Below are positions 8,746 to 18,803 of a DNA stretch of 64,000 nucleotides, in pieces. The stretch covers positions 6,937 to 70,936 of the forward strand of contig CBFDTD010000001.1 in the NCBI GenBank assembly GCA_965612745.1, written 5' to 3'. The notes under the pieces are model-generated. The model was not told the DNA's origin. It was given only the letters and a program-made list of their open reading frames with translations, and ran no database searches. This DNA is from an uncultured bacterium (GTDB lineage: Bacteria > Chloroflexota > Anaerolineae > B4-G1). The position numbers were made by a program, and so were the translations under genes. The first letter of the stretch is position 1; every line of letters starts with the position of its first letter.

Positions 8746-9699
8746 ATGAGGAAACGCATTGCGGTAGTCGCCATCGGCGGCAACTCGCTCATCAAGGATA
8801 AGAAACACATCACCGTGCCCGATCAATACCAGGCAGCGAAGGAGACCTGCTATCACATCGCCGACATGATCGAGCAAGGGTGGGATGTGGCCATTGGCCA
8901 CGGCAACGGCCCCCAGGTGGGCTTCATCTTGCGCCGGTCGGAGATCGCGGCCAAGGTCGCGGGGATGCACAAGGTGCCGCTCGACTCCTGCGGAGCCGAC
9001 ACTCAAGGAGCCATCGGCTACCACCTTCAGCAGAACCTATACAACGAGTTCAAGCGCCGGAGGATGAAGAAAGCCGCCACAACAGTGGTCACCCAGGTGC
9101 TGGTGGATAAGAACGACCCGGCTTTCCAGAACCCCACCAAGCCCATCGGCGGGTTTATGGATGAAGATGAGGCCAAAGAGCGCGCTGAGAAAGAGGGATG
9201 GACGGTGGTAGAGGACGCCGGGCGCGGCTGGCGACGGGTGGTACCCTCCCCTCTCCCTCAGGAGATCATCGAACTGGACGCGGTGCGGGAACTGCTGGAC
9301 GCAGGCATCATCACCATCACCGTCGGCGGTGGGGGCATCCCCGTCATCCGCAACGAGGAGGGCGACCTGCAAGGGATAGCGGCGGTCATTGACAAAGATT
9401 ACGCCTCATCGCTGTTGGCCCGCTCCATCGGTGCCGACCTTTTCCTCATCTCCACCGCCGTGGAGAAGGTCTACCTCAACTTCAACAAGCCCGACCAGAG
9501 GCCCATTGATGTGATGACGGTCGCTGAAGCGCAGAGGTACATGGAGGAAGGGCACTTCGCCAAGGGGAGCATGCTCCCCAAGATCCAGGCCATCGTGTGG
9601 TTCCTGGAGGCCGGGGGCAAAGAGGCGATCATCACCAGCCCCGAGAACATCGCCCGCGCGCTGCGAGGGGAGACCGGAACGCGCATCCTGCCGGATTGA
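8746..9699 (+). CDS. arcC: Carbamate kinase
   Basis: The N-terminus RIAVVAIGGNSL and the overall carbamate-kinase pattern are present. The gene is immediately downstream of the transcarbamylases. Confidence 0.85.
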   Translation: MRKRIAVVAIGGNSLIKDKKHITVPDQYQAAKETCYHIADMIEQGWDVAIGHGNGPQVGFILRRSEIAAKVAGMHKVPLDSCGADTQGAIGYHLQQNLYNEFKRRRMKKAATTVVTQVLVDKNDPAFQNPTKPIGGFMDEDEAKERAEKEGWTVVEDAGRGWRRVVPSPLPQEIIELDAVRELLDAGIITITVGGGGIPVIRNEEGDLQGIAAVIDKDYASSLLARSIGADLFLISTAVEKVYLNFNKPDQRPIDVMTVAEAQRYMEEGHFAKGSMLPKIQAIVWFLEAGGKEAIITSPENIARALRGETGTRILPD

Positions 9700-9726
9700 G
9701 TGGCACACCATTCTAAAGGAATTGAA

Positions 9727-10293
9727 ATGAGCAAGCAAACCGTATCCGTATCTCGTTTCACACGACTCATCCACCCTATGCCGGCCTTTCTGGTCACCTG
9801 TGCTGGAGAGGATGGCCGGCCCAACGCAATCGCCATCGCTTGGCTGACACCTGTCAGTGTTAATCCACCCCTGCTGGCCTTCGCCATCCGACCGCAGCGT
9901 TATTCCTACGAACTGCTGCAAGAGAACCCAGCCTTTGTGGTCAATGTGATGGCCTACGAGCGGGCCGTCGAGGTGCTCTTCTGCGGGCGCTGCTCGGGGC
10001 GGGATGTGAACAAGTTCGCCACAGCCAACCTCACGCCGGTGCCCGCTCAGGCAGTGAACGCCCCCGCCATCGCTGAGGCGCTGGCCCACGTGGAGTGCGA
10101 GGTGGAGGCGGAATATCCGGCCGGCGACCACGTCATCGTGGTGGGACGGGTGATGGCAGCCTCGGCCGAGGAGGGAATGCTGGTGGAGGGCCTGCGCGAT
10201 CTTATGGCCGCCCCGCCTCTTTTCCACCTCGGTGGCAGCTGCTTCACCACCAGCAGCGGCGAGATCTCAGAGCCGGACGTAGGACTGGATTGA
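9727..10293 (+). CDS. Flavin reductase-like (FMN-binding split-barrel) protein
   Basis: The flavin reductase-like domain pattern is present (HPMPAFLVTCAGEDGRPNAIAIAWLTPVS...). The start was set at MSKQ after the aaagga RBS. Confidence 0.65.
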   Translation: MSKQTVSVSRFTRLIHPMPAFLVTCAGEDGRPNAIAIAWLTPVSVNPPLLAFAIRPQRYSYELLQENPAFVVNVMAYERAVEVLFCGRCSGRDVNKFATANLTPVPAQAVNAPAIAEALAHVECEVEAEYPAGDHVIVVGRVMAASAEEGMLVEGLRDLMAAPPLFHLGGSCFTTSSGEISEPDVGLD

Positions 10294-10374
10294 AAGGTGG
10301 GTATGTCGGGAACCCGGTGCTGGGCATGAAGATCGCCTGCGACGTCATCCGGGAGTGTGCGTGGCATAGGTCCC

Positions 10375-10403
10375 TTGTCAATAGAACATTTAAGTGCTAT
10401 AAT
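10375..10403 (+). promoter_or_regulatory. Sigma70-type promoter for ssrA: TTGTCA, a 17-nt spacer, then TATAAT
   Basis: The -35 and -10 hexamers and spacing are read directly. The mature tmRNA 5' end lies about 19 nt downstream. Confidence 0.5.
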
Positions 10404-10421
10404 AACATCGCCGTGAGAAAT

Positions 10422-10845
10422 GGGGATGACAGGCTTCGACGGGGAAGGCTGATCACGGACGGCAAGCCGGGGCGCTCTGCCCCCGTTAACAACGGAGCAC
10501 ACACTCCAAAGTGCCAACAACACTTGGATCCCTGTCCCGCAGGCCGCGATGGCTGCCGTTCCACTGGCGGCCTAATCCGGCCCGAGGGATAAACTGACCG
10601 CACAGACGGTCACGTCCGCCCTGGTCTCGCGCCGGCAGGCCGGGGGCCGGGCGTAAGAGAGCCGGCGTGCGGCGCTCTGACGCCGATAGGAGCGCTCAAG
10701 CGGGAGTTTCGGCTCCCATCGGCTAGGCCCGGGTGTAGCGCGGTCGGCGGCGACTCCCCGGGCGAGAGGTAAAAGGCCGACTATGCTTGTAGAAGTCCCT
10801 GGTCGAATTCCTCGGACGCGGGTTCGATTCCCGCCATCTCCACCA
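10422..10845 (+). ncRNA. ssrA: tmRNA (SsrA)
   Basis: The 5' end is GGGGAUGACAGGCUUCGACGGGG. The 3' end is a tRNA-like GGACGCGGGUUCGAUUCCCGCCAUCUCCACCA with an encoded CCA. An internal tag reading frame ends ...AAMAAVPLAA followed by TAA. Confidence 0.85.
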
Positions 10846-10848
10846 CAG

Positions 10849-10886
10849 ATGACGAGGCTGGTATCATCAGATACCGGCCTCGTTGC
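10849..10886 (+). terminator. Hairpin (acgaggctggtat-catcag-ataccggcctcgt) immediately after ssrA
   Basis: A 13-bp stem is read directly, but there is no clear T-tract. Confidence 0.35.
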
Positions 10887-11276
10887 GCGTCGGGCTAGTG
10901 GGCTGTGGTGCAAGTTCCGCACGAAATGGGATGCTTTGCCGCCCCGCCGGTGGATGAATCCAGCGGCTAATGCAGGTGAAAGCGCGGTGAACCGCGCTCC
11001 CGGCCGGGTTTCAGCCCGGTTTACCGGGCTTTGATGCTACTCGGCCGGGCGATTCATCGCCCGGCGTGGGCGGCCAATCTCTTGCAATATTTGTTGGCGC
11101 GCATAGGCTCCGGGATGAATGTGCGACAAGATGGCCTCTTGTCCTACTTGACCCACCGTTTACGCGCGCTAACCAATGTTTTGACTGCACACCACTGGCA
11201 GGGAAATGGCGAGATGTTGCACGGGCGGCCGACTTGTGCTACACTGTTTCCGTCTCAGGGGCGCAGCGGAGGATTC

Positions 11277-11521
11277 CAGGGAATATTTAGAGTGTCGTCT
11301 GGGCACTGGTCATCTCCAAAAAGTCGTTGCCGGTTTCTCGCACGTCCGCCCGGTGGTGAACCACCGGGCTCAGCCAGCAAAGCCCTACGGGCTGATCTCA
11401 GCCCCGAAGGGGCTTCGCTTTTGAGCCGGAGGCTTGAGCGTAGTGGAGCCTCCGGCGGGCGAGCCCGTGCTATGGCGGAAGCGACTTTTTCGACGCAGTT
11501 TGGACTCCTAAACGTTCCCTG
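11277..11521 (+). mobile_element. MITE-like element, second full copy (TIR ggattccagggaa...ttccctggattcc)
   Basis: It is about 95% identical to 6249-6493 by eye, with perfect 13-bp TIRs at 11271-11283 and 11515-11527. Confidence 0.55.
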
Positions 11522-11557
11522 GATTCCTGATGGCAATAGAAAAGAGGAGGGTGGACT

Positions 11558-12067
11558 ATGGAGTTCTCGGAGTTGATCGAAGCGCGGTACAGTGCACGGG
11601 CGTACAAGCCCGATCCGGTGGAGGACGAAAAACTGCAACAAGTGCTCGAAGCGGCACGCCTAGCACCGACCGCGGCCAACCGGCAACCCTTCCAGATCAT
11701 CGTGATCCACACGGTGGGGCGGGAGGCGGAGTTGAAGCGCATCTACAACAAGGACTGGTTCGTGCAAGCGCCGTTGGTCATCTGTGCCTGCGGGATTCCT
11801 GCCCGGGGCTGGAGGCGCCGGGACGGTAAAAGTTACTGTGATGTGGACGTCGCCATCGCTATGGATCACCTGATCCTGGCCGCCGCCAACCTGGGGCTGG
11901 GCACGTGCTGGATTGCCGCCTTTGATCCCGTTGCGGCGCGTGAGGTTCTGGGTCTGCCCGACGACGTGGAGCCTATCGCCTTCACGCCATTGGGGTACCC
12001 TGCTGACCGGCCCGGGCCGAAGAAGCGCAAAGCATTATCCGAACTGGTGCGGTATGAACGCTGGTGA
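11558..12067 (+). CDS. Nitroreductase-family protein
   Basis: The nitroreductase fold pattern (ARYSARAYKPDPV...LEAARLAPTAANRQPF) is present, and there is a strong RBS (aagaggagggtgg). Confidence 0.8.
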   Translation: MEFSELIEARYSARAYKPDPVEDEKLQQVLEAARLAPTAANRQPFQIIVIHTVGREAELKRIYNKDWFVQAPLVICACGIPARGWRRRDGKSYCDVDVAIAMDHLILAAANLGLGTCWIAAFDPVAAREVLGLPDDVEPIAFTPLGYPADRPGPKKRKALSELVRYERW

Positions 12068-12085
12068 GAGCGGAAGGACAGGCGT

Positions 12086-13327
12086 ATGAACATCGGCTTC
12101 ATCTCCACTCGGCTGGCGGGCAACGATGGTGTCTCTTTGGAGGCAGCCAAGTGGGCGACTGTGCTGCGTCGCATGGGGCATGAGGTCTTCTACTGCGCTG
12201 GCGAGTTGGAAGACGGTGGACCACCGGGCCTGTTGGTGCCCGAGATGCACTTCAATTCCCCGGAGAGCATGTGGATCAGAACACGGGCCTATGGAACCAC
12301 AACACCCCATCCCGAACTTTTCCCCCGCATTGAACGTCTCCAGGCGACGCTCGAAGCCGGCCTCAAAACCTTCATCACCGATTACGCTATTGATCTGATC
12401 ATTCCGCAGAACGTCCTCTCTATCCCTTTGCAGATTCCCCTGGGCCTGGCCCTCACCCAGGTCATCGCCGAGACGGGCATCCCCACCGTGGCCCACCACC
12501 ACGACTTTTACTGGGAACGGGATTGCTACGAGCCGAACTGCATCCCACACCTTCTGGATCGCGCCTTTCCGCCCGATCTGCCATCCATCCGCCACGTGGT
12601 CATCAACAGCCTGGCCCAACGGGCACTAAAGGCCCGACGGGGCATCGAAGCGATAATCGTGCCCAACGTCTTTGACTTCGCTACGCCACCGCCCGGCATT
12701 GATGAGTTTAACGCCGACTTGCGGGCGGCTATTGGCTTGGCACCCGGGGACATCTTCATTCTGCAGCCCACACGGGTGATCCGCCGCAAAGGGATAGAAT
12801 TGGCTGTGGAGTTTGTGCAGCGGCTGGGCGATCCCCGCTGCAAGTTGGTGCTCACCCACGGGGATGACCTGGACCTCGATTACCTGCGTCAGATTCAGGA
12901 ACAGGCCCAGCGGGCTAACGTTGACCTGCGTTTCGTGGGCCATCGCATCAGTACCAGTCGGCAGATAAAGGATGGCAAAAAAGTCTACGCTCTGTGGGAT
13001 GCCTACATCCACGCCGACTTTGTGACCTATCCCAGCCTTTACGAAGGCTTTGGCAACGCCCTGCTCGAAGCGATGTACTTCAAAAAGCCGATGCTGGTCA
13101 ATCGCTACCCCGTTTACGTCGCTGACATCGGGCCTTTGGGGTTCGACTTCATCGAAATTGACGGTCGGGTGACCGAGGAGGCAGTGACGCAAGCGCAGCG
13201 AGTGTTGACCGACCCCGACTTACGCCAGCGGATGGTGGAGCAGAACTTCCAGTTGGGTAAACGGTATTTCTCTCTGGAGGTATTGGCCGGATTTATTACC
13301 CGACATCTCCTGAAACCCGGCAACTAA
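12086..13327 (+). CDS. Glycosyltransferase, GT4-like
   Basis: An E-x7-E motif (YEGFGNALLEAM) lies near the C-terminus and the overall GT-B pattern is present. The substrate is unknown. Confidence 0.6.
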   Translation: MNIGFISTRLAGNDGVSLEAAKWATVLRRMGHEVFYCAGELEDGGPPGLLVPEMHFNSPESMWIRTRAYGTTTPHPELFPRIERLQATLEAGLKTFITDYAIDLIIPQNVLSIPLQIPLGLALTQVIAETGIPTVAHHHDFYWERDCYEPNCIPHLLDRAFPPDLPSIRHVVINSLAQRALKARRGIEAIIVPNVFDFATPPPGIDEFNADLRAAIGLAPGDIFILQPTRVIRRKGIELAVEFVQRLGDPRCKLVLTHGDDLDLDYLRQIQEQAQRANVDLRFVGHRISTSRQIKDGKKVYALWDAYIHADFVTYPSLYEGFGNALLEAMYFKKPMLVNRYPVYVADIGPLGFDFIEIDGRVTEEAVTQAQRVLTDPDLRQRMVEQNFQLGKRYFSLEVLAGFITRHLLKPGN

Positions 13328-13417
13328 AGTCACGGGCTACCATCGTCAGGCCGGCCTACGCGGGCCAGAAGCCGCCCCAGGGCGGCTTCGCGGAGGTAGC
13401 ACGCGGTTTTAACCGCT

Positions 13418-14260
13418 GTGCGTGCTCAGGTATCGGGTAATGAGACGATAGACCTTTCACGGGTGAAAACCTATCCCCTAGCACATATGCCATACTCGGA
13501 AATCACCGCAGGTTCTATTTTCTACACCGTAGGTCGAGGGCCGACAGAGGAGCAGAGGAGCGAAGGAAGGCCCGTGCTGATATTGGTACATGGGGCCGGA
13601 GGAAATCACCTACAATGGCCGGCCGAACTGCGCCGACTGCCCGAAGCCACGGTCTACGCGCTTGACCTGCCCGGCCACGGGCGTTCGGGGGGGCAGGGAC
13701 GTGACACCATCGCGGGCTACGCGGAGGCCATCGTCGGGTTCCTCGACGCGCTAGGAATTGAGCGAGCGGTGGTCGTAGGTCACTCAATGGGCGGTGCCAT
13801 CGCTCTGACGCTGGCACTGGACTTCGCTGACCGGATGGCGGGGCTGGTGCTGATAGCGACCGGAGCGCGGCTGCGTGTGGCTCCTGTCATCCTGGAGGGG
13901 ATGCGCAGCGATTTCGAGGGAAGCGTGGAACTCATCACCCGCTTCGCCTGGTCGTCAGAGGCGTCGCCGGCGCTGATCGAACTGGGGCGGCGAGCGCTCC
14001 TGGAGACAGGTCCCGACGTGCTCTTGGGCGACCTCAACGTCTGTGACCGCTTCGACGTGATGGAACGATTGGGAGGGATCGAGATTCCCGCGCTGGTTAT
14101 CGTGGGCACGGCGGACCAACTCACCCCCCCCAAGTATGCTCGTTTCCTGGCCGAACATATCCCCAACGCACAACTGGTATTGATCGAGGGCGCGGGGCAC
14201 ATGGTAATGCTGGAGCGACCGGCGGAGATAGCGGGGGCGGTGCGAGAGTTCTTGGAGTAG
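13418..14260 (+). CDS. Alpha/beta hydrolase
   Basis: An HGAGGN oxyanion region and a GHSMGG nucleophile elbow are present. The start may instead be at the later Met (13487). Confidence 0.75.
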   Translation: MRAQVSGNETIDLSRVKTYPLAHMPYSEITAGSIFYTVGRGPTEEQRSEGRPVLILVHGAGGNHLQWPAELRRLPEATVYALDLPGHGRSGGQGRDTIAGYAEAIVGFLDALGIERAVVVGHSMGGAIALTLALDFADRMAGLVLIATGARLRVAPVILEGMRSDFEGSVELITRFAWSSEASPALIELGRRALLETGPDVLLGDLNVCDRFDVMERLGGIEIPALVIVGTADQLTPPKYARFLAEHIPNAQLVLIEGAGHMVMLERPAEIAGAVREFLE

Positions 14261-14284
14261 GACAAGTTGACGACTTGTCCTACG

Positions 14285-15580
14285 CTAGCGGCCCTCCATC
14301 TCCGCCATTCTCGCGAACAGGTTGAGAAATTCCTCGTTACTTTGGGTGCGCTTGAGGACGCGGAGCAACTCCTGCATCGCCTGGGCGATGTTGTAACCTG
14401 AGGAGAGGGAATCCAGGAAGCGTTGGCGCATCAGCCATATTTTCTGCAGTGTGTCCCCATCGAGCAGCAATTCCTCCCGCCGTGTGCCGGAGCGCTCGAT
14501 GTCGAAAGCGGGGAAGATACGCCGTTCCTGCAATTTGCGGCTCAGGTGGAGTTCCATGTTGCCGGTGCCTTTGAACTCCTCGTAAATCATATCGTCCATT
14601 CGGCTGCCGGTATCAATCAGGCAGGTGGCGATGATGGTGAGGCTCCCGCCTTCCTCAATGTTGCGCGCTGCACCGAAGAAGTGCTTGGGTGGGTAAAGCG
14701 CGGCCGGGTCTAGCCCACCGGAGAGGGTGCGGCCACTGGGTTGCACCACCAGGTTGTAAGCCCGCGAGAGGCGGGTGATGCTATCGAGGAGGATGACGAC
14801 GTCCCGTTTCCCCTCCACCAGCCGTTTGGCCCGGGCCAGCGCTATCTCTGCCACCTTGGCGTGGCTCTTCACCGGCTCGTCAAAGGTCGAACTGATGACC
14901 TCGGCATCAACCGAGCGGTCCATATCGGTGACTTCCTCGGGCCGCTCGCCGATGAGCACAACCATCAAGTGCACCTCAGGATGATTGGCCGTGATGCCAT
15001 TGGCGATGTGCTTGAGCACGGTGGTCTTACCGGCTTTGGGTGGTGACACGATGAGCCCGCGCTGTCCCTTCCCGATAGGAGCGATCATGCTCAATAGTCG
15101 CGTTGTCAGATTACCGGGAGAGGTTTCCAATATGAAGCGCTCGTTGGGGAAGATCGGTGTTAGCGATTCAAACTGTGGTCGCAGTTTCGCCGCCTCCGGG
15201 TCTATCCCATTCACTGCCTCCACGCGCAGCAGGCTATAGTATCTCTCGTTTTCCTTCGGTGGCCGCACCTGCCCGACTACCATATCGCCGGTGCGCAATC
15301 CAAAGCGACGTATCTGAGATTGCGAGACGTATATATCATCGCGTCCTGGCTTGTAATGATCGCAGCGCAGGTAGCCCTTGCTCTCATCCACAATGTCCAG
15401 CACGCCGCCGCCGAACATCAGGCCCTCTCGCTCCGCTTTGGCTCGCAGCAGCCGCAGGATGAGATCCTCCTTCTTCAACCGACTGTAGCCGGAAATCTCC
15501 CACTCTTTAGCCAGTTCGCGCAGTTCGGCCAGTCTCTTGGTTTCCAGGCTGGCCATATCTATATCGTTCATATCGTTCAC
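14285..15580 (-). CDS. rho: Transcription termination factor Rho
   Basis: The Rho N-terminal and cold-shock-like domains are present, and the P-loop is [15 protein letters not shown]. The start was chosen at a GTG with a gggaga RBS; the ORF-track ATG at 15595 is an alternative. Confidence 0.9.
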   Translation of the reverse strand: MNDMNDIDMASLETKRLAELRELAKEWEISGYSRLKKEDLILRLLRAKAEREGLMFGGGVLDIVDESKGYLRCDHYKPGRDDIYVSQSQIRRFGLRTGDMVVGQVRPPKENERYYSLLRVEAVNGIDPEAAKLRPQFESLTPIFPNERFILETSPGNLTTRLLSMIAPIGKGQRGLIVSPPKAGKTTVLKHIANGITANHPEVHLMVVLIGERPEEVTDMDRSVDAEVISSTFDEPVKSHAKVAEIALARAKRLVEGKRDVVILLDSITRLSRAYNLVVQPSGRTLSGGLDPAALYPPKHFFGAARNIEEGGSLTIIATCLIDTGSRMDDMIYEEFKGTGNMELHLSRKLQERRIFPAFDIERSGTRREELLLDGDTLQKIWLMRQRFLDSLSSGYNIAQAMQELLRVLKRTQSNEEFLNLFARMAEMEGR

Positions 15581-15601
15581 GGTACTTTCTCCCATCTCCT
15601 A

Positions 15602-16615
15602 TCACTGTCCATCGTATTCCGAGATAAACTCCTCGGCCTTCTTAACCAGTTCCAGATTGCCGATGAAAAGAGGGATACGCTGGTGCAGACTTTTGGGCTG
15701 TATATCTAAAATATTGCGCTGTCCGTCCGAAGCGTAGCCCCCGGCCTGTTCAACTATAAAAGCCAATGGGATGGCTTCGTAGACCAGACGCAGTTTACCC
15801 TCTGGCTTTGTGGCTTCGGCCGGGTAATAGTAAATCCCTCCCTCCAGCAAGTTGCGGTGAAAATCAGCCACCAACGAGCCACTATAACGACCCGAGAGCG
15901 GCTTGCGCGGATCCTCTCGATCCATTCCTTGCAACCACCAGGTGAATCGCCTCACTCCTTCACTCCAGTACTGCTCGTACCCCTGGTTGACACTGTAATA
16001 CTTTGACCTCTCCGGCATACGAATGTCGGGATGGGAGAGAAGGAATTCACCTACACCAGGATCGAGCGTGAAACCATGCACCCCCTGACCGGTCGAATAG
16101 ACCATCATTGTGCTCGACCCGTAGATGATGTAGCCGGCGGCGACGAGATCGCGTCCCATCTGGAGACAATCCTCTAATGTGCCTGGCCCCTGCTTGCTTT
16201 TGCGCCGGTAGACGCCGAAGATGGTGCCGATACTCACGTTGACGTCCACGTTCGACGAACCATCCAGCGGATCGAAAACCAACACGTATTTGCCGATGCC
16301 ATATTCCTCCGGGACAGGTATGATGTCTTCCTCCTCCTCCGAGGCCATCACCGCCAGCCGCCCGGTGTAACTGTTCATACGGATCATCGTCTCATTGGCG
16401 AAGAGATCCAGTTTCATCTGTTGCTCGCCCTGGACGTTTATCCTGCCTGCCAGACCCAGAATCTCGACCAGCCCAGCACGGGTGGTCTCATAGGCGATGA
16501 TCTTGGCCGCCAAGGCGATGTCGTACAGCAGGTTGGAGAAAACGCCGGTCGCCTGCGGATACCTGCGCTCCTGTTCGACAATGTGCCGTTCGATGGTAAT
16601 GATCTGGTCGTGCAT
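15602..16615 (-). CDS. fbp: Fructose-1,6-bisphosphatase class 1
   Basis: The FBPase class I pattern is present, including DPLDGSSN. The start was set at MHDQIIT after the gaggga RBS. Confidence 0.85.
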   Translation of the reverse strand: MHDQIITIERHIVEQERRYPQATGVFSNLLYDIALAAKIIAYETTRAGLVEILGLAGRINVQGEQQMKLDLFANETMIRMNSYTGRLAVMASEEEEDIIPVPEEYGIGKYVLVFDPLDGSSNVDVNVSIGTIFGVYRRKSKQGPGTLEDCLQMGRDLVAAGYIIYGSSTMMVYSTGQGVHGFTLDPGVGEFLLSHPDIRMPERSKYYSVNQGYEQYWSEGVRRFTWWLQGMDREDPRKPLSGRYSGSLVADFHRNLLEGGIYYYPAEATKPEGKLRLVYEAIPLAFIVEQAGGYASDGQRNILDIQPKSLHQRIPLFIGNLELVKKAEEFISEYDGQ

Positions 16616-16635
16616 TTGATCCCTCACTACGTACA

Positions 16636-17043
16636 TCAATCCAGGTACCACACCCAGCGGGTACCGCGCATCTCCCGGATAATATCGGTGGTCGAAAGGA
16701 TGCCCAGTGGCTTGCCGGTCTCGCCCACCACCAGCAAACGATGGATATGACTCTCCAGTAATTTGCTGGCCGCTTCTTCCACGGTGGCGTCTTCGGAGAT
16801 GCTGATAACATCGGGTGTCATCACTTCGCGGGCCTGGATGGCCGTCAGGTCCTCACCGTAATGGGCGATGGCATCGGTGTGAGATACCACGCCCACGGGC
16901 GGTTCTCCCTCGCGCTCGGCTACCATGATGGCGTGGATTTCAGTATCAGCCATCACCCGTACCACCTCCTGAAGGGGAGTGTCCGGCTTGCAGAATATGA
17001 CACCCTTGTGGTAGATGTCGCGCACCCGTCGCTCCTTGTCCAT
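16636..17043 (-). CDS. CBS-domain pair protein
   Basis: Two CBS motifs are present. The start was set at MDKERR after the ggaaggagg RBS; the longer ORF-track N-terminus is low-complexity. Confidence 0.7.
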   Translation of the reverse strand: MDKERRVRDIYHKGVIFCKPDTPLQEVVRVMADTEIHAIMVAEREGEPPVGVVSHTDAIAHYGEDLTAIQAREVMTPDVISISEDATVEEAASKLLESHIHRLLVVGETGKPLGILSTTDIIREMRGTRWVWYLD

Positions 17044-17152
17044 CAGTGTCCTCCTTCCGGTGGCCGTACCGTCGTGAACGGACGGTGCTGGGGGCTTTCT
17101 CCCTCTCCGTGGGGGAGGGGCGGTGCGTTGGCACTGCCCTTCAGATCGATGC

Positions 17153-17965
17153 TCAAGATGCAAACCACAGCACGTAATAGTAGCCGATCACGGCCGCCCA
17201 CAGGATGCTATCCATCCGATCCAGTGCTCCTCCGTGGCCGGGAATGATGCTGCCCGTATCCTTCACGCCGACCTGCCGCTTGATCATTGAGATGGCTAGA
17301 TCCCCTAGCGGGGCGAAGGTGGCAACTAGTAGTCCTAGGATTAGACCGTGCATACTGTTGATGGCGCTCTCCGTGCCTGCCCCGATGCGCCACAGCGAAG
17401 CCAGCAGCGCCGTTATCAGTCCGCCGCTGACCACGCCTGCCACGTATCCCTCCCACGTCTTACCTGGGCTCAGCGTGGGGGCTAATTTGTGCCGTCCCCA
17501 TGCCCGTCCGACAAAGTAGGCACCGGTGTCGGCGAACATAATGGCGGGTACAACGGTCAACGTCCACCATAGGCCATCGGGGCGCAGGCTCCGCAGTCCG
17601 ACCAGGCAGGCTCCGCACAACCCCAGGTACAGACCACTTGTCACGGTTAGCGCCCAATCGGCCACCGGGGAACCCTGGCAGTGGAACAGTTGCCAGGCGA
17701 GGGAGCCCAGCAGAATCAGTGCCAAGCCAGGCCGCAGCAACCCTAGCGTCGGGAATTGAGCATCCGCCAGAAAGAGCCATACCAGCCCGATGCCGAAGAC
17801 GAGGAGAGGTCGAAAGCCGTCACGGGCCATCAGGTAGCAGAACTCGATCTCGGCCAGCGTCAGTAGCGTAGCGACCAGCGCTAGGAACGGCAATGCACCC
17901 AGGTAGATGAGGTAAACGACAATCGGAATTAGAACGGCGGCGGTGAGTAGACGTGTTCGCAGCAC
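17153..17965 (-). CDS. cdsA: Phosphatidate cytidylyltransferase
   Basis: The CdsA signature (GKTWEG...IPGHGG(A/I)LDRxDS) is present, and the protein is multi-TM. Confidence 0.85.
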   Translation of the reverse strand: MLRTRLLTAAVLIPIVVYLIYLGALPFLALVATLLTLAEIEFCYLMARDGFRPLLVFGIGLVWLFLADAQFPTLGLLRPGLALILLGSLAWQLFHCQGSPVADWALTVTSGLYLGLCGACLVGLRSLRPDGLWWTLTVVPAIMFADTGAYFVGRAWGRHKLAPTLSPGKTWEGYVAGVVSGGLITALLASLWRIGAGTESAINSMHGLILGLLVATFAPLGDLAISMIKRQVGVKDTGSIIPGHGGALDRMDSILWAAVIGYYYVLWFAS

Positions 17966-18017
17966 GGATTAAGAAGCGTTCGAGAGTGGCATTTTGACAT
18001 TCCGCGTAGGGGCGCGG

Positions 18018-18764
18018 TTAGCGCGTCCTTTGCCCAGGCACCAAGCCAAAACGGCGCTCACGCCGGCTGTAATCCACCAAGGCTTTGTAGAGTTCATCTT
18101 TGTCGAAATCGGGCCATAAGGTGGGAGTCACATAGAACTCGGCATAAGCTCCCTGCCAGATGAGGAAGTTGCTGATCCGCATCTCCCCACTGGTGCGGAT
18201 GATCAGGTCAGGATCGGGCAGACCTGCTGTGTAGAGGTAACGACTGACAAGTGCCTCATCTACCCGTCCGGCAGGCACGCCATCGGCGATAATGCGGCGT
18301 ATTGCATCCACTAATTCGGCCCGTCCCCCGTAATCGAAGGCAACGTTGAGGATCAGCCGCTGATTGTCCTTGGTCAGTTCGATGGCATCACGAATCTTCT
18401 GTCGCAACCAAAGGGGAATACGCTCCAGCCGGCCAATATGACGCAGTTGGACGCCTTCCTTGTGCAATTCCGGTAACTCTCGGTCAATCACCCGCCCTAG
18501 GATGGACAGCAAGCCCTGAACTTCATCCTCCGGACGGCCCCAGTTTTCGGTTGAGAAGGCATAGATAGTCAGGATTTGGATGCCAAACTCGACCGCTGCC
18601 CGGAGCACACGGTGCAGGTTTTCTGTCCCGGCACGATGCCCGGCCATCCGGGGTAAACCTCGTGCCCGAGCCCAGCGGCCGTTTCCGTCCATGATGATGC
18701 CGACATGCCGGGGCACCCGTTCAAGGGGTGGATATCGCTGCTCGCTTTGTGGTTGGGAGGGCAT
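18018..18764 (-). CDS. uppS: Di-trans,poly-cis-undecaprenyl-diphosphate synthase
   Basis: The [13 protein letters not shown] motif is present. Confidence 0.9.
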   Translation of the reverse strand: MPSQPQSEQRYPPLERVPRHVGIIMDGNGRWARARGLPRMAGHRAGTENLHRVLRAAVEFGIQILTIYAFSTENWGRPEDEVQGLLSILGRVIDRELPELHKEGVQLRHIGRLERIPLWLRQKIRDAIELTKDNQRLILNVAFDYGGRAELVDAIRRIIADGVPAGRVDEALVSRYLYTAGLPDPDLIIRTSGEMRISNFLIWQGAYAEFYVTPTLWPDFDKDELYKALVDYSRRERRFGLVPGQRTR

Positions 18765-18803
18765 TATCGTAGATCGTCCGAGGCGGTCTTGTGGGAGATT
18801 GCG

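Noticed and set aside
10397-10922. ORFs 10397..10603-, 10572..10922- and 10095..10592+ across the tmRNA
   Set aside because: They overlap a clearly identifiable structured RNA gene, ssrA.
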